NCBI GenBank assembly: GCA_015680685.1
Contig: MNCI01000135.1
Coordinates: 1-64,000, forward strand
DNA: 64,000 nt
From: Gnetum montanum
Lineage: Eukaryota; Plantae; Gnetophyta
Direction: 5' to 3'
The notes beneath the pieces were generated by a model. That model ran no database searches and had not been told where the DNA came from. It saw only the letters and a program-made list of their open reading frames with translations. Position numbers and translations under genes: made by a program. Shown here one piece after another: positions 11,321 to 26,540 of this stretch; within the stretch, counting starts at the first letter, position 1; every line of letters begins with the position of its first letter.

Positions 11321-13002
11321 AAAGGAGAAACAAAATAAATTGCAACTTTCATTGAACCAATAATTTTTTCTAGCATGTAAAGTTGATAAAAACCAAAGTA
11401 GGCTTTAGCATATGTAAGAAAAAACTTGGTAAAGACAAAACACATATGCAAAAAACTTGGATAAACTGTGAATGCAAAGAACAAGGAAAGCACTATAAAC
11501 TACCATAGTAGAAATAATGGTTTTGGTTATAAAATTTCATGTGCAAAAAACAAGGGCTACTCTATGCACTACAACAAAAATTAAATTTTTGTAGGTATAT
11601 GGGTAAAAATGGCTATGATATGAAACATTAGGTTACAAGAAAACCTAAAATAAATTTTTAGTTGATCAAATATGCTCACACACCAAGGCAGAAATAGGCA
11701 AAGAATTTTTGCAAATAGGTTTAGGCTAAGAAGTTAGGCATAGGCCCTCCTTCAAGTGCCAAAAAAACTATAGCAGCTTATAAATTTAGTGCTAGAAAAC
11801 CAAAAATCTTAACACATAATAGTTTTAACTCTAAGATCCATAAGCCTCAAAAAGATCTGAAGCACCTTAAACAGTTTTGTTGATCACTTAAGGACATAAA
11901 AATCATTTACCAAGCATTTAAAATGAAATAGAGAGAAAATGTATAGGAATGAATCATAGCATAGAAAGAGGAACAAAGAGCGATGAGATATGACCAAACA
12001 AGAAAAACTACAAACTTAATCTTAAATGTTGTAAAATGTTGGAAATAAATAGGTTTAGAAAAGATCAATAGGTTTTAAAAGCCTGAGAATACAAAAATAT
12101 CCTTGAAATCTAGGGTAGATGACATGGTGTGTTCTGCACTTGATCTACACTAGTCTCCTGATTGATCTACATAATAAAAACTATTACCAGGTTTGCTACT
12201 CTCAGTAATCAATACTGAAAAATTGTTGTAAAAAATTGTAATAATTTCTACTCCATTGCCAAGAAATCTCTATTGTTTCCGAGCAATCTCTTTGCCAAAA
12301 TATGTCCCCAAAAGATCTAAAAACTGACCTTTGATCTAGCTTAAATAGGCCTCAAATTCACTATACTTGCATTCATTACATTTTCAGACACTTTCTAGAG
12401 CATTGCATCATGTTTTTGGGCCATTTCCATGGTCAAAAAGTGAAGCATATGAGTGACCATCACTATTAGCTTTTTCTGCCATGTTTTGGTAGCATATTTG
12501 GGCTATTTTCATGGCCCAAATTGTAGTGTATGGGCTAGTCGCATTTTTGAATTTTGTTGCTAAATTTGGCAACGTATTTGACATTTTGGCCCTCACATGC
12601 TAACATAGATAAAATTCACAGCATGTGGACTATAAATTTCATCTTTGCACATTAAAAGTGAACTAAAAATTTTCCAAAACAAGGTCATAGGATAGGAGTT
12701 TTCATGGGAACATAAGGCAATTGTTTCTACTCTTAAATTCCTACAAAATTACAATGCATATGTTGGCTACAAGGATTTTTTTTATTTTTATTTTTTGCCA
12801 CATGAATTTCAATCTTATCATACCCTAATTTATGACACTTGAAATAACTTACCTTTTGCCTTAATGAATGAAGGAAATAGAAAGTATAAAGTCATGCATG
12901 AGAAGTTTCCTAATTTCTTTGCAATTTGGAAACTACTTCATAGTTAATTATCCACTTCTTTTTTCTTAAATTGTAGTCATAACATTTTATCTACTAGGTT
13001 CA

Positions 13003-13115
13003 ATTGTTTACTTTTTCTTACTTTATGTTTCAAATGTTGATGCTTCTGCATACTTTAGTTGTTTACTTTTTCTTACTTTATGTTTCAAATGTTTACGCTT
13101 TTGCTTACTTTATGT
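13003..13115. repeat. ~55-bp tandem duplication
   Basis: TTGTTTACTTTTTCTTACTTTATGTTTCAAATGTT..GCTT.TGC.TACTTTA occurs twice. Confidence 0.75.
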
Positions 13116-15479
13116 TTTAGTCATTTACATATGTTATCATCTTTCAAAAATTACAAAGAACAAAATAAAACATAAAATTTAAAACATAAGATAAAATAAA
13201 ATTTTCATTAATGGTAACTCATTGTAGCATAAAAAATTAAGCTTTTAAAATTAGGCCACATATGATCTATGCAACATGATCACCACCACCACCACCACCA
13301 TGACCTCCATTGTTACTATTGCCACCACTACCATTGCAACTGACCTACAAAATAAAACATGTAATTATTAGATCTAACAATTAATAGAATCAAGAATAAA
13401 ATATATATATTCGGGTTAGACAAAGAACTAGAAAATATATCTTCAAGCCTAAACTATGGAAGACCTTCTTCCAAGTGATATATTATTTTCTCTTTGAACG
13501 TGTTAGCCCAATTGATCTCTCCCAAGTTTATCCCTTCAAAAATATTTTCTTGTTCTATGTTTGTTCATTTTGTGGTCTTATCTACTCAGGTTTCCATGGA
13601 CATTTGGATTGATACCACTATAATCCAATTTTTTGGAGACGTAGTAACTTCAACAGATTAACTAAATAGTTGGAACACTTCACTAGCCCCTACCCCTTGG
13701 ACAAACATCTCTAGTTACATCTTGCAATGGCTTAGCTTTCCAAGATTTCTTGTAATTTTCTTTTTATAGGTCTTCTAAGTCTTATATAACTTTTCATGGG
13801 CCTTTTGAGTCTTTCCCCAATTCCTTATTAATGCACAGTAGTCACACCATTCTGGTGACTTCCAAGGCATTGATTCCATCTTGAGATCCTTCTCAAGACT
13901 CCCTTATGCCATGGAGACTCTTCCTCGTATCATTGACTAGTATCAAATCTATTCAATCTTCTTAGTTTATAATTCACCCATGTTAGCAACTTGCACTTCT
14001 ATAAATTCTATATAGTTCCTTAGGCTTCACTCTTTTTACACTAACATAAATCGTTAGCATAAAAAAGTGATAAATGACCAAAATAATAAGTTTTAGTATA
14101 AACTACCATAGTTTAGGTTAAAACATAAGACTAGTTTATTTTAGAGTGAGTTTCAACAACAACATAAAATTAGGTAATAGCATGAAATAGAAGTTACACT
14201 AACTTTACGCTTACCATCATATTTTTTAACTAAGTCTTAATATAAAACTATGCATCAACATTAAAAAACTAAAGTATCATGAAAGTAAAACAAACTAGGA
14301 TCCATAAAAACATTTTAGCAAAAATTTAGCATGAAAACTAAAATATGCTAAGTTAAACCAAGTGTAGCATGAAATGAATTAATAACAAAGAAAAATGATT
14401 TTACGCTATGCTAAGCCCAAAACAAAGAATACAATGTTCACAAATACTTTGTAAAACAATTATCCTATACTAGGGTCACACAATGATGTGAAACAAAAAT
14501 TATCCATAAGAAAAAGACAAAAAGTAAGAAATGTAGAAAGAAAATCCAAAAATAAAATCACACGAACAATAGAAACTTAGATGATGATGCATTCTCTAGA
14601 GCATTGGCCCCAAGGTTTGCAACATCCCCTAGACCATGGTCTCTATACCACTTGCCTCTTCCATTGATTTGCTAGGTCCTACCTTTTTTCTTTCACTTCG
14701 CTAACACATCGCTTTCTTCACCCTCAATATTGTGCTTTTGTTGCTAAAAATTAAAAAGTAAAGGTTGCTGACTTCTCTTTTTCCTTTTAACCCTGCTTTT
14801 TCAATTTCATGCCCCATAAAATTCTTATGTTGCTTTTATGCTGAATGGCTTTAAAATCTTTCACATAGCATAAAATAGCCTTTGTGCTACTTTTATGCCA
14901 AGTAGTGTAAAAATCCTTTATATCCCCATGATGCTACCTAGTGTGAACCATCCTTCATGCTCAATTTACACTACATGATGTAAAATGTATTTATGCTTAC
15001 TAGCATAAAACCCATGGAATAGCACAAAACCTTTTAATATGCTATAGTGACACAAAACATCACACTTTGCTTAGCTTACATAACCTACATTGTCCATGTT
15101 GTTTCCTAAAAAAATTATTCTATGCCATGATCACTAGTGATGATATATCCTTTTTCTTTAAGTATGCATCTTGATGTATAACCTATCCTAATATTAGGAC
15201 CATATTAAATAATGCAATTGATGAAAATATAATTATTTTTTTTACCTAATGTATTTGTTGACATGTGGTGTTAAAATGATGGAATAAATGTTATGTAATC
15301 TTTGTTTTCATTCTATGATGTGTAGGGTTAATAGATGAATATGTGGCAATAATTGAGTAACTCATTACATCTTTCTAGACAAATTGGCAATTTCATTTAA
15401 TAAATAAATCAAACCTATTTAGATATCAAACCTATTATCCTCTAAGAGTATATCACAACCATTGATAAATCTACTTAAT

Positions 15480-16510
15480 GACCTAAACATTTAATAAAAC
15501 ACTAAACTTAGAAGCTAATGACATAATTGAAGACATCCTTAAAGAGGCCCTAGTCACTATGAGAAAAGGCAAAAAGGAAACCTTGAAATTAAATTCCACA
15601 TTAAAACTAAAGTGCATGCAAAGCATCATTGAAACATTATAAACAAATATTGAAAATTTTGTGTGGTCTTACAATGACATGCCAAGATTAGACCCAAGAA
15701 TGATTCAACATAACATAGTACTAAATCCAAGATTAAGCTAGTTAAGCAAAAGGTTTGTAAGATTAGCCCCAACCTAGCTTGGGCTATTTATGATGAAATT
15801 AAAAGCTATATCAAACTAGTTTCATTAGAGAAGTGGATTATGAAAATTGGATGTCTAACATGGTTATAGTACCTAAGAAGACTAGGATTATTCATATATG
15901 CATAGATTTCTGCGACCTCAACAAAGCAATAATTAAAAATGATTTCATGTTATCAAGTATCAATCAACTTTTTGACATAATAAGGGACTATGCATTACTC
16001 TTCTTCATGGATAGTTTTTCAAAGTATAATCAAATTAAGATTAATCTATAACATTAGTTATATATAACTTTCATGACACCTTGGGGAACTTTTTGTTATT
16101 CTATGATACCTTTTGGGTTAAAGAATGATGGGGTCATGTTTCAACAAGCGATGATGTATATTTTTAATGATCTCATGCTTAGTCTAACAAATTATTATGT
16201 AGATGATATAACAGTAAAATAAAAAGTAGATAACAACCATTATTAGGATCTACATATTGTTCTTCAACATTGCCTCAAGTATGAACTTTGGTTAAATCTA
16301 AAGAAATGTATTTTCAATGTTGAAACTAGAAATATGCTTGGCTTTGTAGCCTCAAAAGCATAAATACATGTCAATCCAAAGAAGTTCAAAGCCATAATAA
16401 ACATGCTAGTACCTACAAATCTTAAAGAATTGTTAGGATTACAATGAAGCTTGTAATTCATTCGTAGATTCATTTCAAAGTTAAGTGATAAACTTTACCC
16501 TATGCAACAC
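15480..16510 (+). mobile_element. Tat-clade Ty3/Gypsy reverse transcriptase (5' half, interrupted at 16510)
   Basis: WMSNMVIVPKK..IHICIDFCDLNKA, MDSFSKYNQI, TPWGTFCYSMIPFGLKN, YVDDI, KKCIF, FIRRFISKLS. The frame resumes after 40809. Confidence 0.9.
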
Positions 16511-17369
16511 TGATGAAGATTTAATATGTTGATTGTGTTCATGTTTGCTCATTGACACATCCTAGGATGCATAGGACAATATGTGTCAATGCTAATCCTC
16601 TTGAAGCCTATATAAGTACACACACCAGCCCCATTTATGGTACCTTTGGTCAGTCTAGTAGCTAAACTCTTGCAATTTTCTTTTGTAGGACTTAGAAAAA
16701 TTTCCCTCTAAGTACCTACAATGTGAATTGAATTAATTGTACAAAATTTTATTTTAGTACAATATGTACTTTGACACAATTGCATGAATATAAATAAAAT
16801 CAAGATTTTTCCTCTCCATTACAACACTTGGATTAGCTTAAGTTTATTTTTAAGCATTTTACTTTACATGAAATTTACTTTCTTGTACTTAAGGGTTTAA
16901 TATTTTATTTCATAAGTAATGTAAGTATGACCACTTTGAGCATAATATATTAAGACTTGATAATCCCAATAATAAATACTCTGTATGCCCAGTAGTGAAT
17001 ACTTGGTATCCTAGTAGTGTTGGTATATGTTCAGGATGTGTATGGAAAGTTAGAATGGATACTTCATGTTTAGGAAATTTTAGTTATTAATTAGTAGATT
17101 TATATATTTCAACCACTTATTTCCTTAATACATTTCAAGATAAAAATAATAAAAATTATAAATACAAACATTTTACACCTCATTAACACTTAGTCATACA
17201 AACAAATTTAACACAAGTGATGACTAGAAAAACAACAACTAGTAACATCACAATTTACTAAATAGGACATAGGATGCTTAGATAGAAGGCATCCATGAAA
17301 TCAAAATATATCATTCATACATTCTTGTGATTCATATGGCTGGATATATAGAATACTTGCTACTCATCA
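16511..17369 (+). repeat. 5' LTR of Athila-like element
   Basis: TGATG...CTCATCA, homologous to 39931-40804. Followed by TGTCATCATTGTTTGTGAC, a decayed version of the tRNA-Asp PBS TGGCGCCGTTGCCGGGGA. Confidence 0.85.
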
Positions 17370-18479
17370 TTGTCATCATTGTTTGTGACTATTATTTTTA
17401 GCTATGTGCACTATGTTTTAGATAGTAAAATCATATAAGGTTATTATAAAAATATAATAAATCATCCTAAAGAAATAGTAATATTTTATAATTTTATTAG
17501 AAGCATACTATGAAAGAGCAAACTAAAAACATCTTCATCTTGTAGGACTAATTCAGCACCTATTGATGATCTTAACAAGCAACATGATAGAACTAGAAGA
17601 AATGCTAATGAGATACCTAAACAACTAAAGGTTATTTATGCCCATAATTGATCCCTATTATCTAGATTTCACTTTCATTTTTCATTAGGATGAATAGTTG
17701 CACTAGAGATACTTGGATGGTAACATTATTTTACCTCCCAATCATTTGATTCCCTCACTATTCATGCTAACTCTAATAAAGCTAGGACTTGAACCAATAG
17801 CCTCATAATACTAAGTGAAGGAACACATTTCTAGGTGTTATTAGCTAAGAGAATTCCAACTTAGAAAAGATAAATTCATGGAGGCCAACAATGAAGCTTC
17901 CAAGGACATGAAGATCCTAATCTAATTAACCTCACAATCAAAAGAGAGGACATCGAGCTTCCATTAGGATGATCCCAATGGCAAGGTCATCCTCCCTTCT
18001 CTAAGGATAACACAACTCATTAATGGTTACATTCAACGTTGGAAAGTAATTAAGGTAAGAGGAGAACTAATCCTAGAACCAAGGAAACCTTAACGCTAGG
18101 ATCCCCCTACTGTTCATCAAAAGAATAATCAAGAGACCAAAGGAGAGTAAGCCAAAACAACTCTTCTAGTCCTCCATCCTCATCATCATCCTTATCATCA
18201 AGCTACGACAAAGGAAAATGTGATCAAGACTGAAGGAAAAATAATCAAGGCCAACTTGAAGATGATAAAAGACCTCATCACAAAAAATGAAGGAAAGATC
18301 ATAGATAATAGCAAGAACAAAAGGATCATTAGAAAAGAAGGCATAGCAGACCACATCATAGGAGACATGGCCATGATAGGGATCATCATGAATATGATAA
18401 CTATGATGAGCCACTAGTTTCTACGAGAAGCATGATAAACATATTTGAGGTAGTTTTATATTTCCACCAAGCATCAAAG

Positions 18480-21400
18480 TGATAGCCAAATCAAATGGCT
18501 TGATATGAATAACATTCCTAAGTTTGAAGAAGATTGTACTGTTGATCTGCAACATTATTTGTAAGCCTTTCATGATGCCTATGCCTTGGAAACATAGAGA
18601 ATGAGTGGCAGAAGCTCAAACTATTCCCTAAAACACTCATCAAAAAAGCTAAAAGTTGGTATCAATCTTTGGAGTTGGAATCTATCCATAGATGGAGTAT
18701 AATGTTGGAGTTGTTCAACAATAACTATCAAATGTAATCCAAGGTATTCAACTTGAGGAAACAAATTCAAGGGTGGAAGCAAGGTAATCACAAATCCCTT
18801 GATGTAGCCTTAGAAAGGTATTACTCTCTTCTACATCAATACCTAGGTCATGGTTTTTCTCAAAGGAACCAAATTTTCCACATGATAGATGGGCTCAAAA
18901 ATAAAACCAAAGAGACTCTTTAGATGTATTCCCAAGGAATATTGCCAAAAATGAGAGTCCATTAGATCCAAAGGCTTATTAATCAAGTGGCCAAAGATGA
19001 AGGAGAATTGAAAAAATGAGAAGTTACAAAGGAGTATAATAGGGATCCCTACATTCATAAAGAGAGGTACACCACTACAATCTTGAGAATGAAGCACCAC
19101 TGGAGGAGGTGGTATAAAGAAAAGCCTTCATGATTAAAAAAAATTCACATATATATTGGCTAAAATGGATAAAATATAGAACTTGTTAGATGAGAAGTTC
19201 CAAACCACTTTAAAAATTATGGAGGATAAAACAATGTAGGGAAACATAGACAAAGATAGAAGAAGAAGAAGAAGGAATGCAAGAAAGGACTACCATCAAC
19301 ATAAAGATAAGGCTACACTAGTTGATGAGGTTATAGATTCTAAAATAGAAGATTACAAGAGTAATATCTACCAATATGAATATCCCAATGGATGTTGCCT
19401 AATATTGTCACACCTACAAGAATTTGGGGTTTATGCCTTGAATCCAAAATTTGCAAGAAGGTAACCATCCATGAGATTGCCTTATCTAGAAGGAAATTAT
19501 CAGAAAAAATATTATCAAAGTGGAGTGTCACCTCAAACTTAAGATCATGATCATCAATGACAAAACCTAGAATCATGGGGGATGCCACCACCAAGGAAGC
19601 AGTATCCTTACCACCAATTAGACCTATATAGAAATCATGTCTAACAACCTATGTCTCCTAGTGGCTCTACAAGCCACACCTCTTCTTCCCATCACTATTA
19701 CCTCCCTAAATATCATAGACCTACCACTCCATGAGCTAATTCTCCTTCCACTTACAGTTCTCATCATCCACCACAACACTCTACATCTTACACCTCTACT
19801 TCTTTACCACTAGCACCACCTATGTAAGGTGAGATACCACTATAGCCTCAATAATGTAGTGCCACATGGACCATGAACCTATAGCTAGATGACAATTTGA
19901 GTAGTTTTGAGCATAATCCTCAAGAAAGGGCTTTCTTTAGATCCAAAAATCCACATAAATCCCCATAGGAATCTATGGCTTCTAACCCTTCTCAAACTAC
20001 TCCAAAGGTAATAACCAAGCTACCTTCAAACCAAAGATCATAAAATGTACACATTGTCATGTTAACACATGCATTCATAGATTGTATAAAGTCAAGATGC
20101 ATTCTCTTGAAAAGATCCAATCCTAGAAGTCCTCTAATTTATTTTCTAATCACAAAAAATGATTAATGAAAAGCTCTACTAGACTCTAGTTGTGGTATAA
20201 ACTTAATTTCCCAAGAAATCTACAAAACGTTCAATGTATCCCCACTTAAAAATGTAACAGTAGGTTAGAGATTGCTAATCAATCCACCACTATTCCCTTG
20301 GAACTAGTGAAGGATATTATGACCATTGTATATGGATAATCATATCTAGAGAACTTCCTAGTTATCCATGTAGATGACTATAAATGAGGCTTCACAATTA
20401 TCATGAAAAGCACTTGGCTAAGTATAATTTATACCAAGCTATGGATCAAATACCTATTCTTGGAAATATCTACGAAAAATGAGTTTAGAAAGATTGAGAA
20501 GAAGAGGGCTCTATGCATCATGAACAATTAGCACATCCATTATAGCATGTAAGAGGTATGTAGAAACAACAAATGTCCAAAGATGCCTATGTGTAGCAAC
20601 CAAAAAATAAGAAGATACCCAATTGCTGATAATAGATGATAGCCCTAGTTCCACAATGTGTATGGAACCAACTAAAATCCTTACATGTGCTTACATTTAC
20701 GAGATGAATGAAATGGAGCAAATCCAAAATTAACACTTTGAAGTAGAGTATAACAAAGAAGTAGAAATGGATTGGAGAGAGTTGGAAAACCATAATATTT
20801 CTAAATAATAATCCTTAGAATTTAAATCCTTACCAGCATCCCTAGAATATGTATTTTTTTATAATGAAAAATTAGTAATCATTAATGTACATCTCACTAA
20901 GGAACCAAAGTAGAAGCTAATAAACATTATCAACAAATGGCCAATAGTCTTTGCTTAATCATATGATGAACTAATAGAAATAGATCCATGCATATGCTAG
21001 CATTAGATCTATATAGACTCTACTATTAAATCCAAAAGGTAATCACAAAGGAGGTTGAATTCAAAATTAAAATAATTTTTTAAATATGAAATTCAAAAGC
21101 TTCTCAAGTTAGGATTCATCTATCTCGTGGTAGATACAAAGTGGGTGAGCCCATTTGTTATTATACCAAGGGGGATAATGGACAGTCTATATAGACTTCA
21201 AGCTACTGCACATGGCTATATTTAAAGATCATTTTGCATTGACATTTGTGAAGTAAGTTTTTGATATAATTGTAGGTCATAACTATTATAGTTTTCTATA
21301 TGGGTATAATAGGTACAATCAAATACAAATTGCTTCAAAATATCAAGCCAAGATAACTTTTACAAGTTACTAGGGAACTTTTGCATACAAAATGATGTCC

Positions 21401-22615
21401 TTTGATCTATGTAAAATTCCTTAAACCTTTGAACACCTGGTTCTAAGGATCTATCAATAGAAAATTAGTAGTGATTTGAAAGTCTTCATGGATGAATTCT
21501 GCACCTATGAAACTAATTTTGAACAAGCACTAGATCATCTTGAATAGGTACTAGAATAGTGTGTAAAGACAAACCTATGACTAAAATGCAAGAAAAGCCA
21601 CTTGATGGTCCAAGGCATTGTCTTAGGGCATAGAATTTTAGGGAAAGAAATTGAGGTGGGTCATAAAAAGATAATGTTTATTCAAGAAATAACCGGATAA
21701 TCCCAAATCACTAAATATGTAAGGGCATTCCTTGGTCATACTAGTTACTACATGCATTTCATTAAAGACTTTATAAAATAGCCAAACTACTAGTTAAGAT
21801 TACCAGGAAGGATGCAACCTTTGAATAAACCATGAAATGTGAATAACCATTCTAATACTTGAATTAGAATCTCATAGAAAAACCAATTCTACATGCCCTT
21901 GATTGATCCAAACCTTTTTACATCATGACACACACATCCAACTATGAATTGTAGGTGATGCTAACATAAATGGATGATCAAAAACATCAATATTATATCC
22001 ATTGTGCAAGCAAGAGCATTGTGGATGCATAACTCAATTACACCAATATAGAAAAGAAACTCATGCCAATGGTGTGTGCTCTAGAAAAATTTAGGCACTA
22101 TGTGCTTGGATATCCAATTTTTATGGACACCGATCATAATGCAATTAACAACCTAATGAACAAGATAGTTGTGGACCCTTGTGTTTAACAATGATTGGTG
22201 ATCTCAAAGGAGTTTGATCTAACAATAATGGATAAAAAGGGAACCAAAAATTTAGTTGTAGATCATTTGTCTTCATTAATATGGGATAGCAATGATAATA
22301 AATAGCTCTTATCCAATCAATTTTGAGATGAACTTTTCTTTGCTAAAAGGCAATTGAAGCTCATGAACTAAGGGTCATAAGCTGGTATGACGAATTCCTC
22401 TCATATATACTCACACAAGAGACTCCTATTATATGAGACCATAGGAATAAATAGAAATTTCTCCACCAAGTCAAACACTACATAGAGAAAGAGGGCAACC
22501 TCTACAACATTTGTGCTAATGGCCTAGTACAATGGTATGTACCTAATGCAAATCAACTAAAAGTCCTCCAAATAGTCAAGAGGGCCCTTGTAGGGGTCAC
22601 TATGTAGGAAAAAAG
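18480..22615 (+). mobile_element. Athila-like gag-PR-RT-RNase H-integrase N-terminus (many stops and frameshifts)
   Basis: KLKLFP (gag), LLDSS (PR), WVSPFVIIP, GYNRYNQIQIA, VFMDEF, RAFLGHT, NYTNIEKKLMPMVCALEKFRHYVLG (RH), EGPCRGHYVG (integrase HHCC). Confidence 0.85.
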
Positions 22616-25482
22616 TATTGTCACATTGAACCATTTGATGGAGCAAGCTTTATAAAATAATGCCAAGACCTTATCAAGGTGAAAGTCAAATTGTCCAATC
22701 TAACTTTTTATTGGTAATAGTGGAAAGTATGATTATAATATCAATGATTGTTGAATGAAAATGAATGATATAATAATATTAAACAATAATCTAAATGGCA
22801 TCATTTCCATGAAGATTTTTTGCCCAACACAACTGCAGAAATTATGTTTTTGTAATAATTAATTACATTGGGAAATTCTAGAAGGATGATTCACCTTGAA
22901 AATTGGAAAATTTGCCAAAGCTTATTTCATAGTACATTGCAGCAAATCATATTAGTGACTACATTCTAGGGCAATTTAGCAATTTGAAGCACATGTATTT
23001 ACTAACCTTGTATTCAATGGCAACAAAAAAAATCAATCATGAATTATCCATTGCAATTGTGAAATTTTTCACAACAACAAAGGGTTGAAAATTGGAAAAA
23101 TCAAATTCATGAAAATAGAGTAGAGATTTTACTTTGGGTACCAATCATCCATGGATTTGCATAAGCAAAGCCAAAAAGGAGAAGCATAGGCACATCTGAA
23201 CTGAGAACTTTACAGTAGTTGTATGAAGCTTTCAAGATGTAGACAAGAAGTAGCCATAACTAGGGCCTCAAATCTTGCAACGACTTATTCCCATCTAGTA
23301 GGATCCTAGTTTCTAACTGACCTATAAAACCCTTAGTTTCAACTGAATCTACCTCAACATTGGGTCCATGGTGGGCTTAAGTAGCTTATTCATGTCTCCA
23401 CCTACATATTTGATGGGTGCCATTAGCAATGGATTTTGAGTTTTCAAGGATGAGTTGCCATTTCCACCTCAATTCATGAAGATTTTAGCAACAAATAAGG
23501 TAGCAACTACACAGCATTGTAGGGAACAACACAAAAATGACAAACCCTCATCTCTCACTAGTCAACCCAAGATACAGTAATTGATGAAAATGTTTGCACT
23601 AACAAATGCTATAATCAACATTAGATAGAAGGGCACCAGCTGTTCCTACACATTACTTTGCCCTTCGATCATGGCACCTAATATGATGGAAGAAACATCG
23701 ATGAAAATTGGCAGTAAGACCTTGTAGAGGCTACAACAAGATTGGAACATGTAACCCTATAACCACACCTCATCCACAACTCACCATGGTAATTACTGAC
23801 CCCAAAGCCTTTGCCTTTGCATTAACAATGCCATCATAACTCTTCCTCAATCAAAATGGCACCCATGGTGACAAAGAGGTGCAATGTGGTGCATGATGAA
23901 CCCTCATTCCTACAACATGTGATAAACAATAAAGCCTTCCTCCTGCATTTTCACAACAAACTAGAGATAATCACATTTCATCTTAATATTTAACTTTTAT
24001 CAAATGATGCTTTGGTTGGAGCATAATAAAAAAAAAGAGAAAAAAAAAGAAGAAAAAAAATACATATTATTATTATTGTAGGCAAGAGATTACAACATAA
24101 GTTTTAAAGATAGTCTATATATATATATATATAATAGAGAAAAGGTTATCTTTAAAGGGGAGAAAGGAGATTATTAAGAAGGATACTTACCAACTTTGGC
24201 TTAAATTTCTCATAACTTGCTATAGAAGTTACAATTTCTCATGATGGTTAGGATTTAATACCCTAAGATATTTGTAGCTTCCCTTAACCTTTTATGATGG
24301 TTGTAACTACCCCAAAGCTACTATAAAAAGGACTAGTGGGAGAAATTCAAATAGGGAAAAAAATTTGAGAAGAATTGTTGAAGATTTCTTGTAAAGAATG
24401 GCTTGCTAAATGCATCAATTTAGCTACTTTATTTTAATCCTATGAGTTCTTTTCTTCCAATTTTATTTCAATTGCGTAGTTAATACTTTTGATAGTATTG
24501 TGTTTGGCAAGTAATTTTGGTATTTGTGTTATCTCTTATAGCCCTGTTATTGTGCAATATTAAGAATTCTATTAGGGTTACCATAAAAGAGCTTATGTTG
24601 TCATAAGGCATCTTGAGAAATTTAATAGTAACAACTTTGTGAAATTGCCTATTTGAGTTTAGAGAATCTATAAAATCTTTGATACTTTGAGATGACTAAA
24701 ATAGCTTCATTTGTTTAAAGTTTATTGCCTTGGTATTTCAATCTTGAAATTGTTGAATTTTTCATGAAACCTTTATTTTTGCAATTCTTGACAACTATTA
24801 ACTAGCCAAAATATATGATTTTATTTTGTCATTTACAAAGCATTTTTTGGTAACTTAATAAGATTGTCTTTTATGAAATTTCTTGTTAAGCTCAAATGGT
24901 TGGACAATTCATAGCATTAGATTGAATTGGGATAGCTTTATTGCAAAGTATTTCCTGATGTCAATTTATCTCACTTAAATGTTTGAGATTTTACACAAAT
25001 TAGCTTTTCTTTCCTTACTCTTTCTATGTCCATTGAATCTCACTCTATTTCTAGTTTTCTTCTGGAACTCTCTCTAGGAAAAATTAGGAGTATATTTTGG
25101 CAGAATTGTGGTTAAGCATTTTTGTGAAATTTTATTTGTTTCAAGAAACATACTATAGGGACTATATAGACCAAGTAACTTGACAAATTGGGAATCTTTA
25201 ATGAGTCATAGTGTTTCACAAGGTTAGCTGAATTTCTATTATAATAGCCAATTACAGTTTCATACACAACCCAATCATTTCAACATTCACAACAATAAAC
25301 ACATATTCATTTTTAGTTCGTTTCATTACCACTGAGTCTATTTGGATGTATCTAGGCCATGGTGTTACCAAAGACTAGTAAGCACCTAAACCTTGTTTGA
25401 AGAAACACCTACATTTCCCATGACTCGAGTCACGAGACTAAAGGCACAATGTTGGTGGTCTGGTCCCAAACAGTCACCAACA
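22616..25482 (+). mobile_element. Solo LTR (cargo-LTR copy 2, 2867 bp)
   Basis: Starts TATTGTCACATT (TG>TA) and ends CCAACA. Perfect TSD AAAAG (22611-22615, 25483-25487). The interrupted integrase resumes as TIKILMVGYFWLTIF. Confidence 0.92.
22778..23016 (+). pseudogene. Captured plant extracellular-LRR (RLK/RLP) fragment(s)
   Basis: NNNLNGIISMKIFCPTQLQKLCFCNN*LHWEI and, with small frameshifts, EIGKLPKLIS*YIAANHISDYILGQFSNLKHMYLLTLYS fit LxxLxLxxNxLSGxIPxxxxx. Confidence 0.7.
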
Positions 25483-25487
25483 AAAAG

Positions 25488-26540
25488 ATGACCATAAAAA
25501 TCCTGATGGTAGGATATTTTTGGCTAACAATCTTTATGGATGCTCACCATTTTGCTTATTCATGTGAGAGATTCCAAAAATATAGAGGAATGACAACTAG
25601 AATGAAAGGACCCCAATAGTGGATTCAACCACTAGATTCTTTCAATCCTTGAAGAATTGATTTCATGGCATACATCACTTCCATGTCCAATGGGAAGTCA
25701 TACATCATTGTTGTTGTTGACTACTGTACCGAAAGGGCTAAATTTGTAGAAGTTTTTTACTATATCTCTACTATTGCAACTCGATTCTTTTAACAATAGG
25801 TGATAAACAAGTTTGATGTGCCTACAACACTAATTTCTGGTAATGAAACATATTTCACAGGTGCTACCTTTCAAAAGTTAATGCAATGCTTAACGATGCA
25901 ACATAAACTCACGACACCTTACCATACTCAAGCTAATGATCAAGCAAAACTAAAAAATACAAATCTTATTAGAATTCTAACATGAACTATTAGTAGATAT
26001 AGAAAAGATTCAAGTACCAAACTCATTGATGCCCTTTGGGCATATCACTCGACATGGAAATTTCCTATTAGCTACTCTCCTTATGAATTAGTGTATGAGA
26101 AGTTACCCAAACTTCTAATTCAAACTAAACTCTGTACACTCATAACTACATGTGAGTTTAACTTGAACATTAACTTAGCACAAAAGGAACAACTCATGAC
26201 ACTCAATGTGCTAGATGAAAATTGAAAACTAACCCTAATAATAAACGAAGTGCATAAGACATACAATAAACAATGTCACAATGCATGAATAAGGAGAGTT
26301 ACTTTTAAACCAGGAGAGAAGGTTCTCTATTGGAATTCCATGCATGTGTCGCAACAAACTAAGTTCTAGATATTATGAGAAAGACCATCCATAATACACT
26401 TAACTTTTCCTTCTAGGGCTCTAATAATCTACCATTCAACAAGCCCTCAAAAGCACATGCTAGTCAACATCCAACAACTTAAATCCTTCGTGGACTTCCA
26501 AGAAACTAGTTGCAACACTAACATCTCAAATCAATAACAA
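25488..26540 (+). mobile_element. Athila-like integrase core and C-terminus
   Basis: GYFW, IDFM, YIIVVVDYCT, KFDVPTTLISGNETYF, TPYHTQANDQAK, DALWAYHST, SPYELVY. Confidence 0.88.

Noticed and set aside
13200-15140. Possible CACTA remnant (TAGCATAAAA/TTTTATGC motifs in both orientations, CACTAGTG at ~15132)
   Set aside because: No matching second terminus, TSD or transposase motif was found.
18166-18417. Three overlapping ORFs
   Set aside because: Low-complexity GAT/CAT-rich region upstream of the Athila gag core; not independent genes.
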